Source of the DNA: Alphaproteobacteria bacterium
Lineage (GTDB): Bacteria; Pseudomonadota; Alphaproteobacteria; RF32; CAG-239
NCBI GenBank assembly: GCA_045578445.1
Contig: JAZNKG010000011.1
Location: forward strand, 46,633 to 110,632
DNA: 64,000 bases
Direction: 5' to 3'
Program-made: the position numbers and the translations under genes
Notes under the pieces: generated by a model
The model's database searches: none
Seen by the model: only the letters and a program-made list of their open reading frames with translations
What the model was told of the DNA's origin: nothing
Shown here: piece by piece, positions 1-9,282 of the stretch
Layout: each line of letters starts with the position of its first letter
How positions within the stretch are numbered: position 1 is the stretch's first letter

Positions 1-1
1 T

Positions 2-421
2 CATGTTGAAAATAAAAAGCTTTTAGCAAAATGGCTATATTTAGCAGGAAAAGATATTTTTGAAGCAGGTGTAGATGTTATAATTCCAGTACCTTTACAT
101 TATCTTAGACTCTTAAAGAGAAAATACAATCAATCAGCTATTCTTGCAGATGAGCTTTCTAGAATTACAAATATTGAAGCTGATTATCATTCTTTAGTAA
201 AAACAAAAACAACTCAGCCACAAGCAGAATGCTCTGGACGAGAACGCGTTACAAATATAAAAAATGCATTTGTTGTAAAAAATAAGAAGATAAAAGGAAA
301 AAGAGTTTTATTAATTGATGATGTTTTTACCACAGGGTCAACATTAAGAGAGTGTGCTAAAGTGCTAAAGAAAGCTGGAGCAGTATCTGTTGATGCTTTA
401 ACTGTTGCAAAAGTATGTTAA
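2..421 (+). CDS. comF: ComF-family phosphoribosyltransferase-domain protein, C-terminal part (5' end outside window)
   Basis: The frame is open from the window edge to TAA at 419-421. The translation ...GKRVLLIDDVFTTGSTLRECAKVLKKAG... is the PRTase-type nucleotide-binding motif typical of ComF/GntX proteins. Confidence 0.6.
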   Translation, partial: HVENKKLLAKWLYLAGKDIFEAGVDVIIPVPLHYLRLLKRKYNQSAILADELSRITNIEADYHSLVKTKTTQPQAECSGRERVTNIKNAFVVKNKKIKGKRVLLIDDVFTTGSTLRECAKVLKKAGAVSVDALTVAKVC

Positions 422-423
422 AA

Positions 424-452
424 AAGGGCGATTAAATCGCCCCTTTTTATTT
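424..452. terminator. Bidirectional rho-independent terminator between convergent comF and the 77-aa ORF
   Basis: A GGGCGAT-TAA-ATCGCCC hairpin has an A-run upstream and a T-run downstream. The stop codon of the minus-strand ORF abuts the stem. Confidence 0.55.
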
Positions 453-680
453 TGATAAAGATAATAATTTCGAATATTTTCTCAATATACATTCAGCAAT
501 TCCAGCTAACTCTTTTTTCTGTTCGTGATAATATTTATATTCCCCTACGAGCATATCTGCTGTTAGCTCAAAAACATCTCCGCTAAAATCTTTTAAACAA
601 TGTTTATTGCTTTTAGAAGCTATTACACTTTGACGTATTTCTTCTGTTGCTTCATCTATATTATCTTTATCTTCTAACAT
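447..680 (-). CDS. Hypothetical 77-aa acidic protein, translationally coupled downstream of tolC
   Basis: A GAGGT RBS lies 4 nt before the ATG, 11 nt after the tolC stop, and a terminator hairpin follows immediately. No recognisable motif. Confidence 0.45.
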   Translation of the reverse strand: MLEDKDNIDEATEEIRQSVIASKSNKHCLKDFSGDVFELTADMLVGEYKYYHEQKKELAGIAECILRKYSKLLSLSK

Positions 681-691
681 TTTTACCTCTA

Positions 692-2050
692 TTATTTATC
701 AATATCTAAAGATATCCATTTACCTTTTGTTTCTTTATATTTAGCATCTGCATCATATAAATCAACATTTAATTTTAAATCTTTTGCGGTAAGTTTACCC
801 ATTGACTGTAATAGATTCAATCCTGATACATAGTAATCGTGTCTAGTTGTAACTTCTTCAACCTCAGAATTTAACAAATATTGATATTGATTTAATACAT
901 CTAGAACTGTTCTATTACCAAGAGCCTCTTCTTCTCTAACGCCATCTAATGCAACTTGATATGCTTTTATTTGTGCTTTAACAGAGCTTATTTTTGCTTT
1001 ATTTGCACTCAAGTATTCCCAATAACTTGTGATATTTGATTGAAGCATATCTTGTACATTGAGCAAATTTTCTTGTGCTTGCCAACGGTAGTATTTGCTT
1101 TGACGAATCTTTGCTCTGCTTGAACCTGCATTATATATAGGCATGCTAAAATTAACACCCAATTCCACAGAGTTTGTTGTTGGGTTTTTATCATACATCC
1201 AATTTTCATTTTTCATACGTCCTGCAGTTGCATAAGCATTTACAGAAGGTAATAAATCTCCTTTTGTTGTGCTAACATCATATTTTTTTGCTTTTAAATT
1301 ATGTTGTGCCGCATGTAATGAATAGTTATGCTCTTTAGCATAATTTAGTGCTTCTTCTAAACTTGTTGGAAATAATTTTTCAATATCCTTAGGGTCTTTA
1401 ATTTCTTTTGCATCTTCACCAATAACTTTTTTATAAACAGCTCTTGAGGCTTCTAAATTTCCCTCTGCTGAAATACGTTGAGATTGCGCAGATGCATAGC
1501 TTGCTTCTGCTTGTGACACATCGGTTGTTGTTGTTTCACCAACATTAAATCTTTCTTTTGTTTCTTCTAATTCTTTTTTTAGCAATTTTTCATTATTTTT
1601 TTGTAATTTAACAATAGCCTCATCGCGCAAAACGTTCAAATATGCAACAGCTGCCTCTAATATTACATTTTGTTCTGTTGCCATTAGAGCTGCTTTAGAT
1701 GCTTTTCTATAGCTTTTGGCAGAACTTACAGAATTTATAGTTTTGAAACCATTAAATATTGGTTGACTTACTGTTGCAGTTAATGTCCTACTATATCCAT
1801 CAACTGGCTTTCCTGGTTGATTCGTATTTATTTTAGAATCAGAATAACCACCGTCTACTCTTAGGGTTGGTCTATATCCAGATTTTGCAATTGCAACATT
1901 TTCATCAATCGCCTGAGCTTCGGCTCTTGCTGCTTTTAATGATGGATTGTATTCATAAGCTTTTGCTAAAGCCGTTTCTAAAGTATCTGCTTTTGCTATA
2001 CTTGTTAGCGACAACAAACAAGCAATAGACATAACTATTTGTTTTTTCAT
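692..2050 (-). CDS. tolC: TolC-family outer membrane efflux/secretion channel
   Basis: The 452-aa protein has a signal peptide (MKKQIVMSIACLLSLTSIAKA) and the two-repeat coiled-coil/beta-barrel architecture with the typical TolC N-terminal motif LETALAKAYEYNPSLKAARAE. Confidence 0.85.
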   Translation of the reverse strand: MKKQIVMSIACLLSLTSIAKADTLETALAKAYEYNPSLKAARAEAQAIDENVAIAKSGYRPTLRVDGGYSDSKINTNQPGKPVDGYSRTLTATVSQPIFNGFKTINSVSSAKSYRKASKAALMATEQNVILEAAVAYLNVLRDEAIVKLQKNNEKLLKKELEETKERFNVGETTTTDVSQAEASYASAQSQRISAEGNLEASRAVYKKVIGEDAKEIKDPKDIEKLFPTSLEEALNYAKEHNYSLHAAQHNLKAKKYDVSTTKGDLLPSVNAYATAGRMKNENWMYDKNPTTNSVELGVNFSMPIYNAGSSRAKIRQSKYYRWQAQENLLNVQDMLQSNITSYWEYLSANKAKISSVKAQIKAYQVALDGVREEEALGNRTVLDVLNQYQYLLNSEVEEVTTRHDYYVSGLNLLQSMGKLTAKDLKLNVDLYDADAKYKETKGKWISLDIDK

Positions 2051-2198
2051 ATTTTACATTCCTCTTTCAAGTTTTTATTAAAAAAGTTTCTAACCTTTAT
2101 ATAACGCAAAATTGTTAAAAAAGTGCCAATCTTAGTTTATATTTTTAAAAATAATCTTATATTATTAACTGAATTTCAAACTATTTTGTTTTAGGTTT

Positions 2199-4715
2199 GT
2201 GAATAGTGAAGTATGTTTATTATGTATGGGAGGTTGCGCTTTGAAAAAAGGTAAACTTGAAATCAATGATGAAATTAAGAGAGCTCACTTAAAACTTTCT
2301 ATTGAGCATTATATTAAATATTTTATCGGTAAGAGAGCTTGCGAATTAACTAAAGAAGAAGCATTGTATGCAATATCTTTAGCTGTGCGTGAATTCGCTA
2401 TGGATGAAATGTATAGCACAATTGCTCGCTATAATGAAAATTCATCAAAAAGAGTTTATTATTTATCAATTGAGTACTTAATTGGTCGCTCTCTGGAAAA
2501 TAATTTGCATAACTTAGGTCTTTTTGATTTGTTGAAAGATATCAAAATTGATGGATTTCCTGATATATCTTTGGAAGAAATTTTTGATACAGAATATGAC
2601 CCAGCTCTTGGAAATGGTGGTTTAGGAAGACTTGCTGCGTGCTATCTTGATTCTATGGCTTCTTTAGGTTTACCAGGTTTTGGCTATGGTATTAATTATC
2701 AATTTGGTTTATTCAAACAAAAATTTGAAAATGGATGGCAAGTAGAACAAGCAGATAACTGGTTTTCTGACTTTTCTCCATGGGAACTACCAAGACCAGA
2801 AAGAACTGTTACAATACCAATGTTTGGTAATGTAGAAACATATAGAGATGCAAGTGGAAAAGACACTTATGTATGGACAAATACTCATACATTATACGGT
2901 GTTCCATATGACTTTCCAATTGTGGGATATGATGGCAAATCTGTAAACTATTTACGCTTATTCTCAGCAAAAACAGATGATGAGTTTGATATAGACATCT
3001 TTAATAATGGTGGATATATTGAGGCTGTTGAAGATAAAATCAAGACAGAATCTATTTCCAAAGTGTTATATCCTTCTGATGCTATCGAATCGGGTAAAGC
3101 TTTAAGACTATCTCAACAATATTTCTTTGTTTCTTGTGCTATTCAAGATATTTTCAGAAGATTTTTAGAAAAAAGTAATGATTTTGTAAAATTGCCTGAT
3201 TCAGTATGTATTCAATTAAATGATACACACCCGGCTCTTGCTATTGCAGAAATGATGAGATTATTAATTGATGTGTATGGCCAAGAATGGGATGATGCGT
3301 GGAATATTGTTACTAGAACTTTTGCATATACAAACCACACATTATTACCTGAAGCTTTGGAAACATGGCCTTCTAAATATTTTGCTCATATGTTACCAAG
3401 ACATTTGCAAATTATTTATGAAATCAATCGTCGCTTCATGGAATTTGCGAGAGAAAAATTTGGTGAAAATCATGAAAAATTAGCAAAAGTATCTATTGTA
3501 TCTGGAGAAGGTGACCATCAAATCATCAGAATGGCCAATCTATCAATTGTTGGTTCTTTTTCTGTTAATGGCGTGGCAAAAATTCACTCTGAATTGATTA
3601 AAACATCTTTAGTTCCAGAATTTTATGAGTTATGGCCAGAAAAATTTACCAATATTACAAATGGTATTACTCCTCGTCGTTGGTTACTACATGCTAATAC
3701 CAACCTCGCAACTTTAATTTCTGATAAAATAGGAAAAGATTGGATTGTTAATTTAGACTTATTAGAAAAAATTTCTGATTTTGCAGAAGATGAAGAGTTT
3801 GTGAAGAAGTTTACGAAAATAAAAAAACAAAATAAAGAGCTTTTACGACATGAAATATTCAAACGTACCAATGTTGCTTTAACGACAAATAGCATGTTTG
3901 TGGTTCAAGCAAAACGTATTCATGAATATAAAAGACAACTTATGGCTATTTTGCAAGTGATTGGCGATTATCTTGCTATTGTTAGAGATAATGTTCGTCC
4001 TATTTGCCCTAAGACATATATCTTTGCTGGTAAGGCGGCTCCGTCTTATACATTTGCAAAACTTGTTATAAAATTAATTAACAATGTTGCTAATGTTGTA
4101 AATAATGACTCTAGAGTGGGTGATGCCCTTAAGGTTGTATTTATACCTGATTACAAGGTTTCTGTTGCAGAAGTATTAATTCCTGCTGCAGATGTTAGCT
4201 TACAAATATCTACAGCCGGATTTGAAGCATCTGGTACAGGTAATATGAAATTTGCACTAAACGGCGCTTTGACTGTTGGTACATATGATGGTGCTAATAT
4301 TGAGATTAGAGAAGCTGTAGGTGAAGATAATTTCTTCTTGTTTGGTCTCAAAGAAAATGAAATTCAAGATATGAGACCTAATTACAACCCTAGAAAAATT
4401 TATGAAGAATCTGAATATATTAAACGCATTTTAAATGCTATTAATTCTAATTTATTCTGTGAAAAAGATTCTCCAACATTATTTAAACCTATTTTTGATG
4501 AGATGTTAAACAGAGATTATTTCTTTGTTCTAGCTGATTTGGAAGCTTTTAATAACGCGATGCGTGAAGCAGAAAAAGCTTATAATAACAAACAAGAATG
4601 GGCTAAAAAAGCTATTTACAATGTAGCAAAAGTTGGTTATTTTTCTAGCGATAGAGCAATTTCAGAATATGCTAAAAAAATCTGGAATATATCAGCTCCA
4701 AAGAAGAAAAAATAA
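2199..4715 (+). CDS. glgP: Glycogen/maltodextrin phosphorylase (GT35 family)
   Basis: The 838-aa ORF carries the pyridoxal-phosphate site motif EASGTGNMKFALNGALTVGTYDGANIE and is conserved along its whole length with alpha-glucan phosphorylases. The start may be the ATG at 2199 or the in-frame ATG 27 nt downstream. Confidence 0.9.
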   Translation: MNSEVCLLCMGGCALKKGKLEINDEIKRAHLKLSIEHYIKYFIGKRACELTKEEALYAISLAVREFAMDEMYSTIARYNENSSKRVYYLSIEYLIGRSLENNLHNLGLFDLLKDIKIDGFPDISLEEIFDTEYDPALGNGGLGRLAACYLDSMASLGLPGFGYGINYQFGLFKQKFENGWQVEQADNWFSDFSPWELPRPERTVTIPMFGNVETYRDASGKDTYVWTNTHTLYGVPYDFPIVGYDGKSVNYLRLFSAKTDDEFDIDIFNNGGYIEAVEDKIKTESISKVLYPSDAIESGKALRLSQQYFFVSCAIQDIFRRFLEKSNDFVKLPDSVCIQLNDTHPALAIAEMMRLLIDVYGQEWDDAWNIVTRTFAYTNHTLLPEALETWPSKYFAHMLPRHLQIIYEINRRFMEFAREKFGENHEKLAKVSIVSGEGDHQIIRMANLSIVGSFSVNGVAKIHSELIKTSLVPEFYELWPEKFTNITNGITPRRWLLHANTNLATLISDKIGKDWIVNLDLLEKISDFAEDEEFVKKFTKIKKQNKELLRHEIFKRTNVALTTNSMFVVQAKRIHEYKRQLMAILQVIGDYLAIVRDNVRPICPKTYIFAGKAAPSYTFAKLVIKLINNVANVVNNDSRVGDALKVVFIPDYKVSVAEVLIPAADVSLQISTAGFEASGTGNMKFALNGALTVGTYDGANIEIREAVGEDNFFLFGLKENEIQDMRPNYNPRKIYEESEYIKRILNAINSNLFCEKDSPTLFKPIFDEMLNRDYFFVLADLEAFNNAMREAEKAYNNKQEWAKKAIYNVAKVGYFSSDRAISEYAKKIWNISAPKKKK

Positions 4716-4732
4716 TCTGATTTGTAATAAAA

Positions 4733-4766
4733 ATAAAGCTCAGAAATATCTGAGCTTTATTTTTTG
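4733..4766. terminator. Bidirectional rho-independent terminator between glgP (+) and the TerB-like gene (-)
   Basis: An AAAGCTCAGA-aatat-CTGAGCTTT hairpin is followed by TTTTTTG and preceded by an A-run. Confidence 0.6.
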
Positions 4767-4781
4767 TAGTCATATAAGAGA

Positions 4782-5213
4782 TTATTCTTTTTCCAAAATA
4801 ACATCGCCTGTTTTTTGTAAAAGAATTTTATCTAATACCCATTTATTAATTTGTTTAATTTTATCATTTTCAATATTTAATCTTTCTGCAACATCAATAA
4901 TAAAATCTATCTCACTATCATCCAAACCGCTATCTGTGTTTGCCAAGTAACATAACTCTTTAATTAAATGAAGAGATTTGCTTCTAGTTGTTAAACTTGT
5001 TACTTTCTCTAAAATTTGCTCTTTATTTAATGATTTCATAACCAAAACAATATCTTTTTCAGCAATGTCATACATTTTACCTATTTTTTTCAAAAATTCT
5101 ATTTCTTCTTTTACAACGTTTTTATCAGAACAAATCATACAGCAAAAACATTCAACAAAAATTTGTTTTTCTTCGGTACTTAAAGCTGAAATATATTCAT
5201 ATTCGCGATTCAT
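4782..5213 (-). CDS. TerB-like (tellurite-resistance TerB / DjlA-N family) small cytoplasmic protein
   Basis: The 143-aa protein shows a TerB-type pattern (LCYLANTDSGLDDSEIDFIIDVAERLNI). Family assignment is by eye only. Confidence 0.5.
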   Translation of the reverse strand: MNREYEYISALSTEEKQIFVECFCCMICSDKNVVKEEIEFLKKIGKMYDIAEKDIVLVMKSLNKEQILEKVTSLTTRSKSLHLIKELCYLANTDSGLDDSEIDFIIDVAERLNIENDKIKQINKWVLDKILLQKTGDVILEKE

Positions 5214-5367
5214 ATTTTATCTCCCAAATAAACATTTTCTAAGATGATAGTATAATTTAATTAAAATGTAGTAAATAAAAATTTTAATAATATTTATATA
5301 AAAAACAAATTAACTCAAAAAAACTGTTGACGAGTGAAAAAACTTAATGTAAAAGAACCTTTGTTAT

Positions 5368-5455
5368 GGAACGTTGGCAGAGTGGTAATGCAGCGGATTG
5401 CTAATCCGTCATCCTGAATAGGGATGCATAGGTTCGAGTCCTATACGTTCCGCCA
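5368..5455 (+). tRNA. tRNA-Ser (anticodon GCU)
   Basis: GGAACGTTGGCAGAGTGGTAATGCAGCGGATTGCTAATCCG...GGTTCGAGTCCTATACGTTCCGCCA folds into an acceptor stem, D-arm, anticodon stem CGGAT/ATCCG with loop TGCTAAT, a long variable arm and a T-arm GGTTCGAGTCC, and the CCA end is encoded. Confidence 0.85.
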
Positions 5456-5461
5456 CTTTAA

Positions 5462-5491
5462 AAGACTAACTGTTGTTAGTCTTTTTTTATG
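5462..5491 (+). terminator. Rho-independent terminator after tRNA-Ser
   Basis: An AGACTAAC-tgtt-GTTAGTCT hairpin is followed by TTTTTTT. Confidence 0.6.
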
Positions 5492-5597
5492 TAAAAAACA
5501 ATCTTTAGACAAAACATTTAATTTGTTTACTTTAATTTAAATATTTATGTGTTATATCTTCAAAATAGAGTGATATTTAAGTTTTTTAAAATAATTG

Positions 5598-5627
5598 TTG
5601 ACAAAAATGATTTACAGTGTCATTAAT
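5598..5627 (+). promoter_or_regulatory. Candidate sigma-70 promoter for the 71-aa small gene
   Basis: TTGACA at 5598-5603 is followed by a 17-18 nt spacer and a -10-like (C)ATTAAT, and a strong RBS AAGGAAA lies 7 nt before the ATG at 5657. The -10 match is weak. Confidence 0.3.
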
Positions 5628-5656
5628 TATGTCAACAATAAGAAAGGAAAAATATT

Positions 5657-5872
5657 ATGACTATGTCAACTACTAAAGAAACAAAAAGAAATATTTTTGC
5701 AAAAGCAAACCCTAGAAAGATTTTATCTGGTGTTTGTAAATCAAAAAGAACTGTTAGAGGTGTAGTTTTAGACAATTATAAACTAATCGCTACAGGTACT
5801 TGCTATGATAAAAAATTAAATAACGAATTAAATAATGTTATAATATTTAATAAACAAAAAGAAGTTGCTTAA
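5657..5872 (+). CDS. Small basic hypothetical protein (71 aa) in its own transcription unit
   Basis: The ORF has a good RBS and is flanked by a promoter-like element and an intrinsic terminator. The protein is K-rich with no recognisable motif. Confidence 0.45.
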   Translation: MTMSTTKETKRNIFAKANPRKILSGVCKSKRTVRGVVLDNYKLIATGTCYDKKLNNELNNVIIFNKQKEVA

Positions 5873-5878
5873 GCAATA

Positions 5879-5906
5879 CAAACCCGCAAAAGCGGGTTTT
5901 TTTATA
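5879..5906 (+). terminator. Rho-independent terminator after the 71-aa gene
   Basis: An AACCCGC-aaaa-GCGGGTT hairpin is followed by TTTTTTT. Confidence 0.65.
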
Positions 5907-6004
5907 TGTATTTTACACCCAACAGCAAAAAAATATCTTGCAAATCTGCTGTTTTTATATATTCTCTCAAACAGAATTTAACTTTATAAATTAAGGAGAT
6001 TGTG

Positions 6005-7042
6005 ATGCCTTTAGTTTCTATGCGTCAAATTTTAGACCATGCAGCTGAGAACAATTATGGTGTTCCTGCTTTTAATATTAATGATATGGAGCAAATTATT
6101 GCTGTTTGTGAAGCAGCTCGTGAAGTAAATGCTCCTGTTATTATTCAAACTTCAACTGGAGCAAGAAAATTTGCTGGCGATCCAATGATTCGTCATATGA
6201 TTGCAGCTGCGATTGAAATGTATCCAGAACTTCCTATTTGTTTACACCAAGACCATGGTTCTTCTGTAGATATCTGCCAATCTGCTTTGGTTAATGGCTA
6301 TTCTTCTGTAATGATGGATGGTTCTTTGGAAGCTGATGGCAAAACACCTTCTTCATTTGAATATAATGTAAAAGTAACAAAAGAAGTTGTAGCTAGAGCT
6401 CATGCTGTTGGCGCATCTGTTGAAGGTGAATTAGGTGTTATCGGTTCTTTGGAAACAGGTAAAGGTGACAAAGAAGATGGACATGGTGCTGAAGGTGTTA
6501 TTGATAAAAAACGTTTAGTAACAGATCCTGATGAAGCTGCAAAATTTGTTGAAGAAACAAATATTGATGCATTGGCTGTTGCTGTTGGCACTTCTCATGG
6601 TGCTTATAAATTTACTCGCAAACCTACAGGAGATATTTTAGCTATTGATGTTATTGAAAAAATTCATGCAAAATTACCTAATACACATATGGTTATGCAT
6701 GGTTCTTCTTCAGTTCCTCAAGAATTGCAAGATATTATCAATGCTTATGGTGGCGCTATTCCTCAAACATTTGGTGTGCCAGTTGAAGAAATTGTTAGAG
6801 GTATTAAGTCTGGTGTTCGCAAGGTTAATGTTGATACAGACTGTCGTATGGCAATTACAGGCGCAATTAGAAAAGTATTTGCAGAGAATCCAAAAGAATT
6901 TGACCCTCGTAAATACTTAAAACCTGCTATTGAAGAAATGAAAAAGGTTTGTATTGACCGTTATGTACAATTTGGTGCTGCTGGTCAAGCTGATAAAATT
7001 AAGCCAGTTCCATTGTCAGTTATGGCAAAAAGATACGCTTAA
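6005..7042 (+). CDS. fbaA: Fructose-1,6-bisphosphate aldolase, class II (FbaA-type)
   Basis: The protein [26 protein letters not shown]... with the HQDHGSS and MMDGS motifs is typical of class II FBA. An AAGGAG RBS is spaced 6 nt from the ATG at 6005; the GTG at 6002 is too close to the RBS. Confidence 0.9.
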   Translation: MPLVSMRQILDHAAENNYGVPAFNINDMEQIIAVCEAAREVNAPVIIQTSTGARKFAGDPMIRHMIAAAIEMYPELPICLHQDHGSSVDICQSALVNGYSSVMMDGSLEADGKTPSSFEYNVKVTKEVVARAHAVGASVEGELGVIGSLETGKGDKEDGHGAEGVIDKKRLVTDPDEAAKFVEETNIDALAVAVGTSHGAYKFTRKPTGDILAIDVIEKIHAKLPNTHMVMHGSSSVPQELQDIINAYGGAIPQTFGVPVEEIVRGIKSGVRKVNVDTDCRMAITGAIRKVFAENPKEFDPRKYLKPAIEEMKKVCIDRYVQFGAAGQADKIKPVPLSVMAKRYA

Positions 7043-7062
7043 TTTTGCTTAATAGTGTAAAA

Positions 7063-7095
7063 AAAGGCTCTAGGAAACTAGAGCCTTTGAGTTTT
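7063..7095. terminator. Bidirectional terminator between fbaA (+) and the ABC exporter (-)
   Basis: An AGGCTCTAG-gaaa-CTAGAGCCT hairpin is flanked by an A-run and a T-rich tract. Confidence 0.6.
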
Positions 7096-9041
7096 TAAGC
7101 TATTTTTGAAAATAGTTTTTGTTTACTGATAATATCTTGTTTGGTTAGGCAAGCTTTAATAAACGGAGAATTTTGTACCAATTCCAAAGGTGTTCCATCG
7201 TTCTCTATCTGACCATTCTTTATAACAATAACCCTATCAGCCAAAGCAATCTCTGTCGGATTATGAGTTACAAGTAATACTGTTTTGTTTTTTGCTTTTT
7301 CTTTTAAGGTATTCATAACCTTAAAGCTTAGCACTTGGTCTAGACCAGTTGTTGGCTCATCTAATATCATTATTGGTCGGTCTGTTAAGAAAATGCGAGC
7401 TAATGCTAATCTTTGACGCTGACCGCCAGATAATGCGCGTCCTTGCTGCCCTACTCTATGATACAAACCATCTTTGAAGCGAGAAATATCTTCAATTAAG
7501 CCTGCAGAATCGAGAGCTTTTTTTACTTCTTCATCTGTTGCTTGTTCGTTAAAATATTTTAAGTTATATAATAAAGTATTATCAAAGAATTGAACTCTTT
7601 GTTCAATAAACGCAATTTGCTTATTTATAACATCATCACTTAAATCTGTTATATCCTTATCACCCAACTTTATAGAACCAGAATTTAAGTCATAATCATG
7701 GCGGATTAAACTCAATAACGTAGATTTACCTTGCCCCGATGCCCCAACTATAGCAGTTATTCCACCTTTCTTTATTTTAGTCGAAATACCATTGATAACA
7801 ATCGCACCTCGTTCTATTTTCTCTTCGCCAAACATTGTAATATCTTTTATTTTAGGATAAGAAAACTCTGCATTATTAATAGTTATGGTATCGTCTATTC
7901 TTTGTAATATATCGTTACCTATTTTACGCTCTAATGCTTTGGGAAGTTCTAATTTTTTCTCTAAATCAACTATTTTATTTCTATTTGAAGATATTTGAGT
8001 ATAGCTTTTTGATAAATCCTCAAAATTAAATCTAAATTGACCTGTAGCAGAGGATATTAAAGCAAATCTACCTATATCTTTTGTGTTTATAATATCATAA
8101 ATAATAAAATAAACAATTATTGCCGTAGATAAAAAATTTACCACACCTTGCAAGGTGAACTCATTTCTAAGATCTATAAATCTTATTTTATTATAAATAC
8201 CCTCAATGTATTTACCACGATAAAATATTCTTCCACTCTCTTTTTCTGATGATAAAGCCTCTTGCACAAGTGGAGAATTTAATAAGATATCATTATCTCT
8301 TTTTGAAATATGGGAACTTAATACAGATGCTTTGTAAAAGTTTTTTCTTTTAATATCTTCTATATACAACATACTTTCTACATTAAAAATAGCTACAACA
8401 AGAAAAAGAAAAAACAAATATGGTGATACGCACATAACACTAACGGTACAAGCAATAATGGCGACAACCCCATGCAACAAACGGTAAAATGACGATAAAT
8501 TATTTAATTTTAGCTCTCTTATTTCTCGCATAAAACTAAATAAAGTCATATGGCTATTTATTACAAAGAAAGATCTTGGTTTTGATAATATTTCTTTATA
8601 TTCAACAGTTCTACTGTATCTTTTATATAAATCTTTCAACTTACTAGAGTTAAACGTTTCAAATTTACGCAAAACCGCACTTGTATTATCTTGAACAAAT
8701 CTCAAAACCATAAAAAATATAAATGTTAGTATTCCAATTTTTGATCCCGTTACAAGTTCGGGTAGCGAACCATATAAAAGCATATTTGTAAAAGGATACA
8801 ATCCATAAAGTATAGCTATCACAATATTAATGAAGATAATTTTATGATATATATTCTTACAATTCTTATTCATACTTTTATATGTTTGATAAACTAGCGT
8901 ATATAGGCTTATCTCATTAGAATCGTTATTTTTTACGCCAAAAATAAAGTTTTTTAGTTGCTTTATACGTCTTTTTTCAAACACCCAAAAACTAATAACT
9001 TTATTTTTTTGATTTAAATCAGATGTTGTTATATCTGCCAT
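7095..9041 (-). CDS. Fused ABC exporter (N-terminal 6-TM permease plus C-terminal ATPase), paralog B
   Basis: The 648-aa protein has Walker A GASGQGKST, signature LSGGQRQRLALAR, Walker B ILDEPTTGLD and H-loop LVTHN. A roughly 55-aa N-terminal cytoplasmic extension precedes the TMD, and there is no C39 peptidase domain. Confidence 0.85.
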   Translation of the reverse strand: MADITTSDLNQKNKVISFWVFEKRRIKQLKNFIFGVKNNDSNEISLYTLVYQTYKSMNKNCKNIYHKIIFINIVIAILYGLYPFTNMLLYGSLPELVTGSKIGILTFIFFMVLRFVQDNTSAVLRKFETFNSSKLKDLYKRYSRTVEYKEILSKPRSFFVINSHMTLFSFMREIRELKLNNLSSFYRLLHGVVAIIACTVSVMCVSPYLFFLFLVVAIFNVESMLYIEDIKRKNFYKASVLSSHISKRDNDILLNSPLVQEALSSEKESGRIFYRGKYIEGIYNKIRFIDLRNEFTLQGVVNFLSTAIIVYFIIYDIINTKDIGRFALISSATGQFRFNFEDLSKSYTQISSNRNKIVDLEKKLELPKALERKIGNDILQRIDDTITINNAEFSYPKIKDITMFGEEKIERGAIVINGISTKIKKGGITAIVGASGQGKSTLLSLIRHDYDLNSGSIKLGDKDITDLSDDVINKQIAFIEQRVQFFDNTLLYNLKYFNEQATDEEVKKALDSAGLIEDISRFKDGLYHRVGQQGRALSGGQRQRLALARIFLTDRPIMILDEPTTGLDQVLSFKVMNTLKEKAKNKTVLLVTHNPTEIALADRVIVIKNGQIENDGTPLELVQNSPFIKACLTKQDIISKQKLFSKIA

Positions 9042-9248
9042 AAAAAGTCCTTCCTTAAATTGATGTTTAAACGAATATAAATAATAGGAATTTTATGTTT
9101 TCTTTATGTAAGATGGTCTTTATATCTATCTACTTGATATTATGCAATAATTATTTTTAAAATTTTGTCTAAAAGTTTGCTTGACTTTTTAATAAATATG
9201 CGTATAATGAGAGTATCAAGAGGAGATAACTTCTCTTTTTTTTTATTT

Positions 9249-9281
9249 TAAAAGGCCCAAGAAACATCTTGAGCCTTTTTT
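9249..9281 (-). terminator. Rho-independent terminator after the upstream ABC exporter paralog
   Basis: Minus-strand RNA GGCUCAAGA-uguuu-CUUGGGCC contains one G.U pair and is followed by UUUU. Confidence 0.45.
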
Positions 9282-9282
9282 G

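Noticed and set aside
5214-5656. tRNA-Ser could be an integration site, and flanking integrase or prophage remnants were looked for.
   Set aside because: No integrase, direct repeat of the tRNA 3' end or phage-like genes were found. The neighbours are a TerB-like gene, a 71-aa ORF and fbaA.
9181-9208. A near-consensus sigma-70 promoter on the plus strand (TTGACT-N16-TATAAT) sits between the two ABC genes.
   Set aside because: There is no plus-strand gene downstream, and the only plus-strand product would be a ~35-nt RNA ending at the adjacent T-run. In ~28% GC DNA such hexamer matches are frequent, so it is treated as coincidence or, at most, an antisense start.
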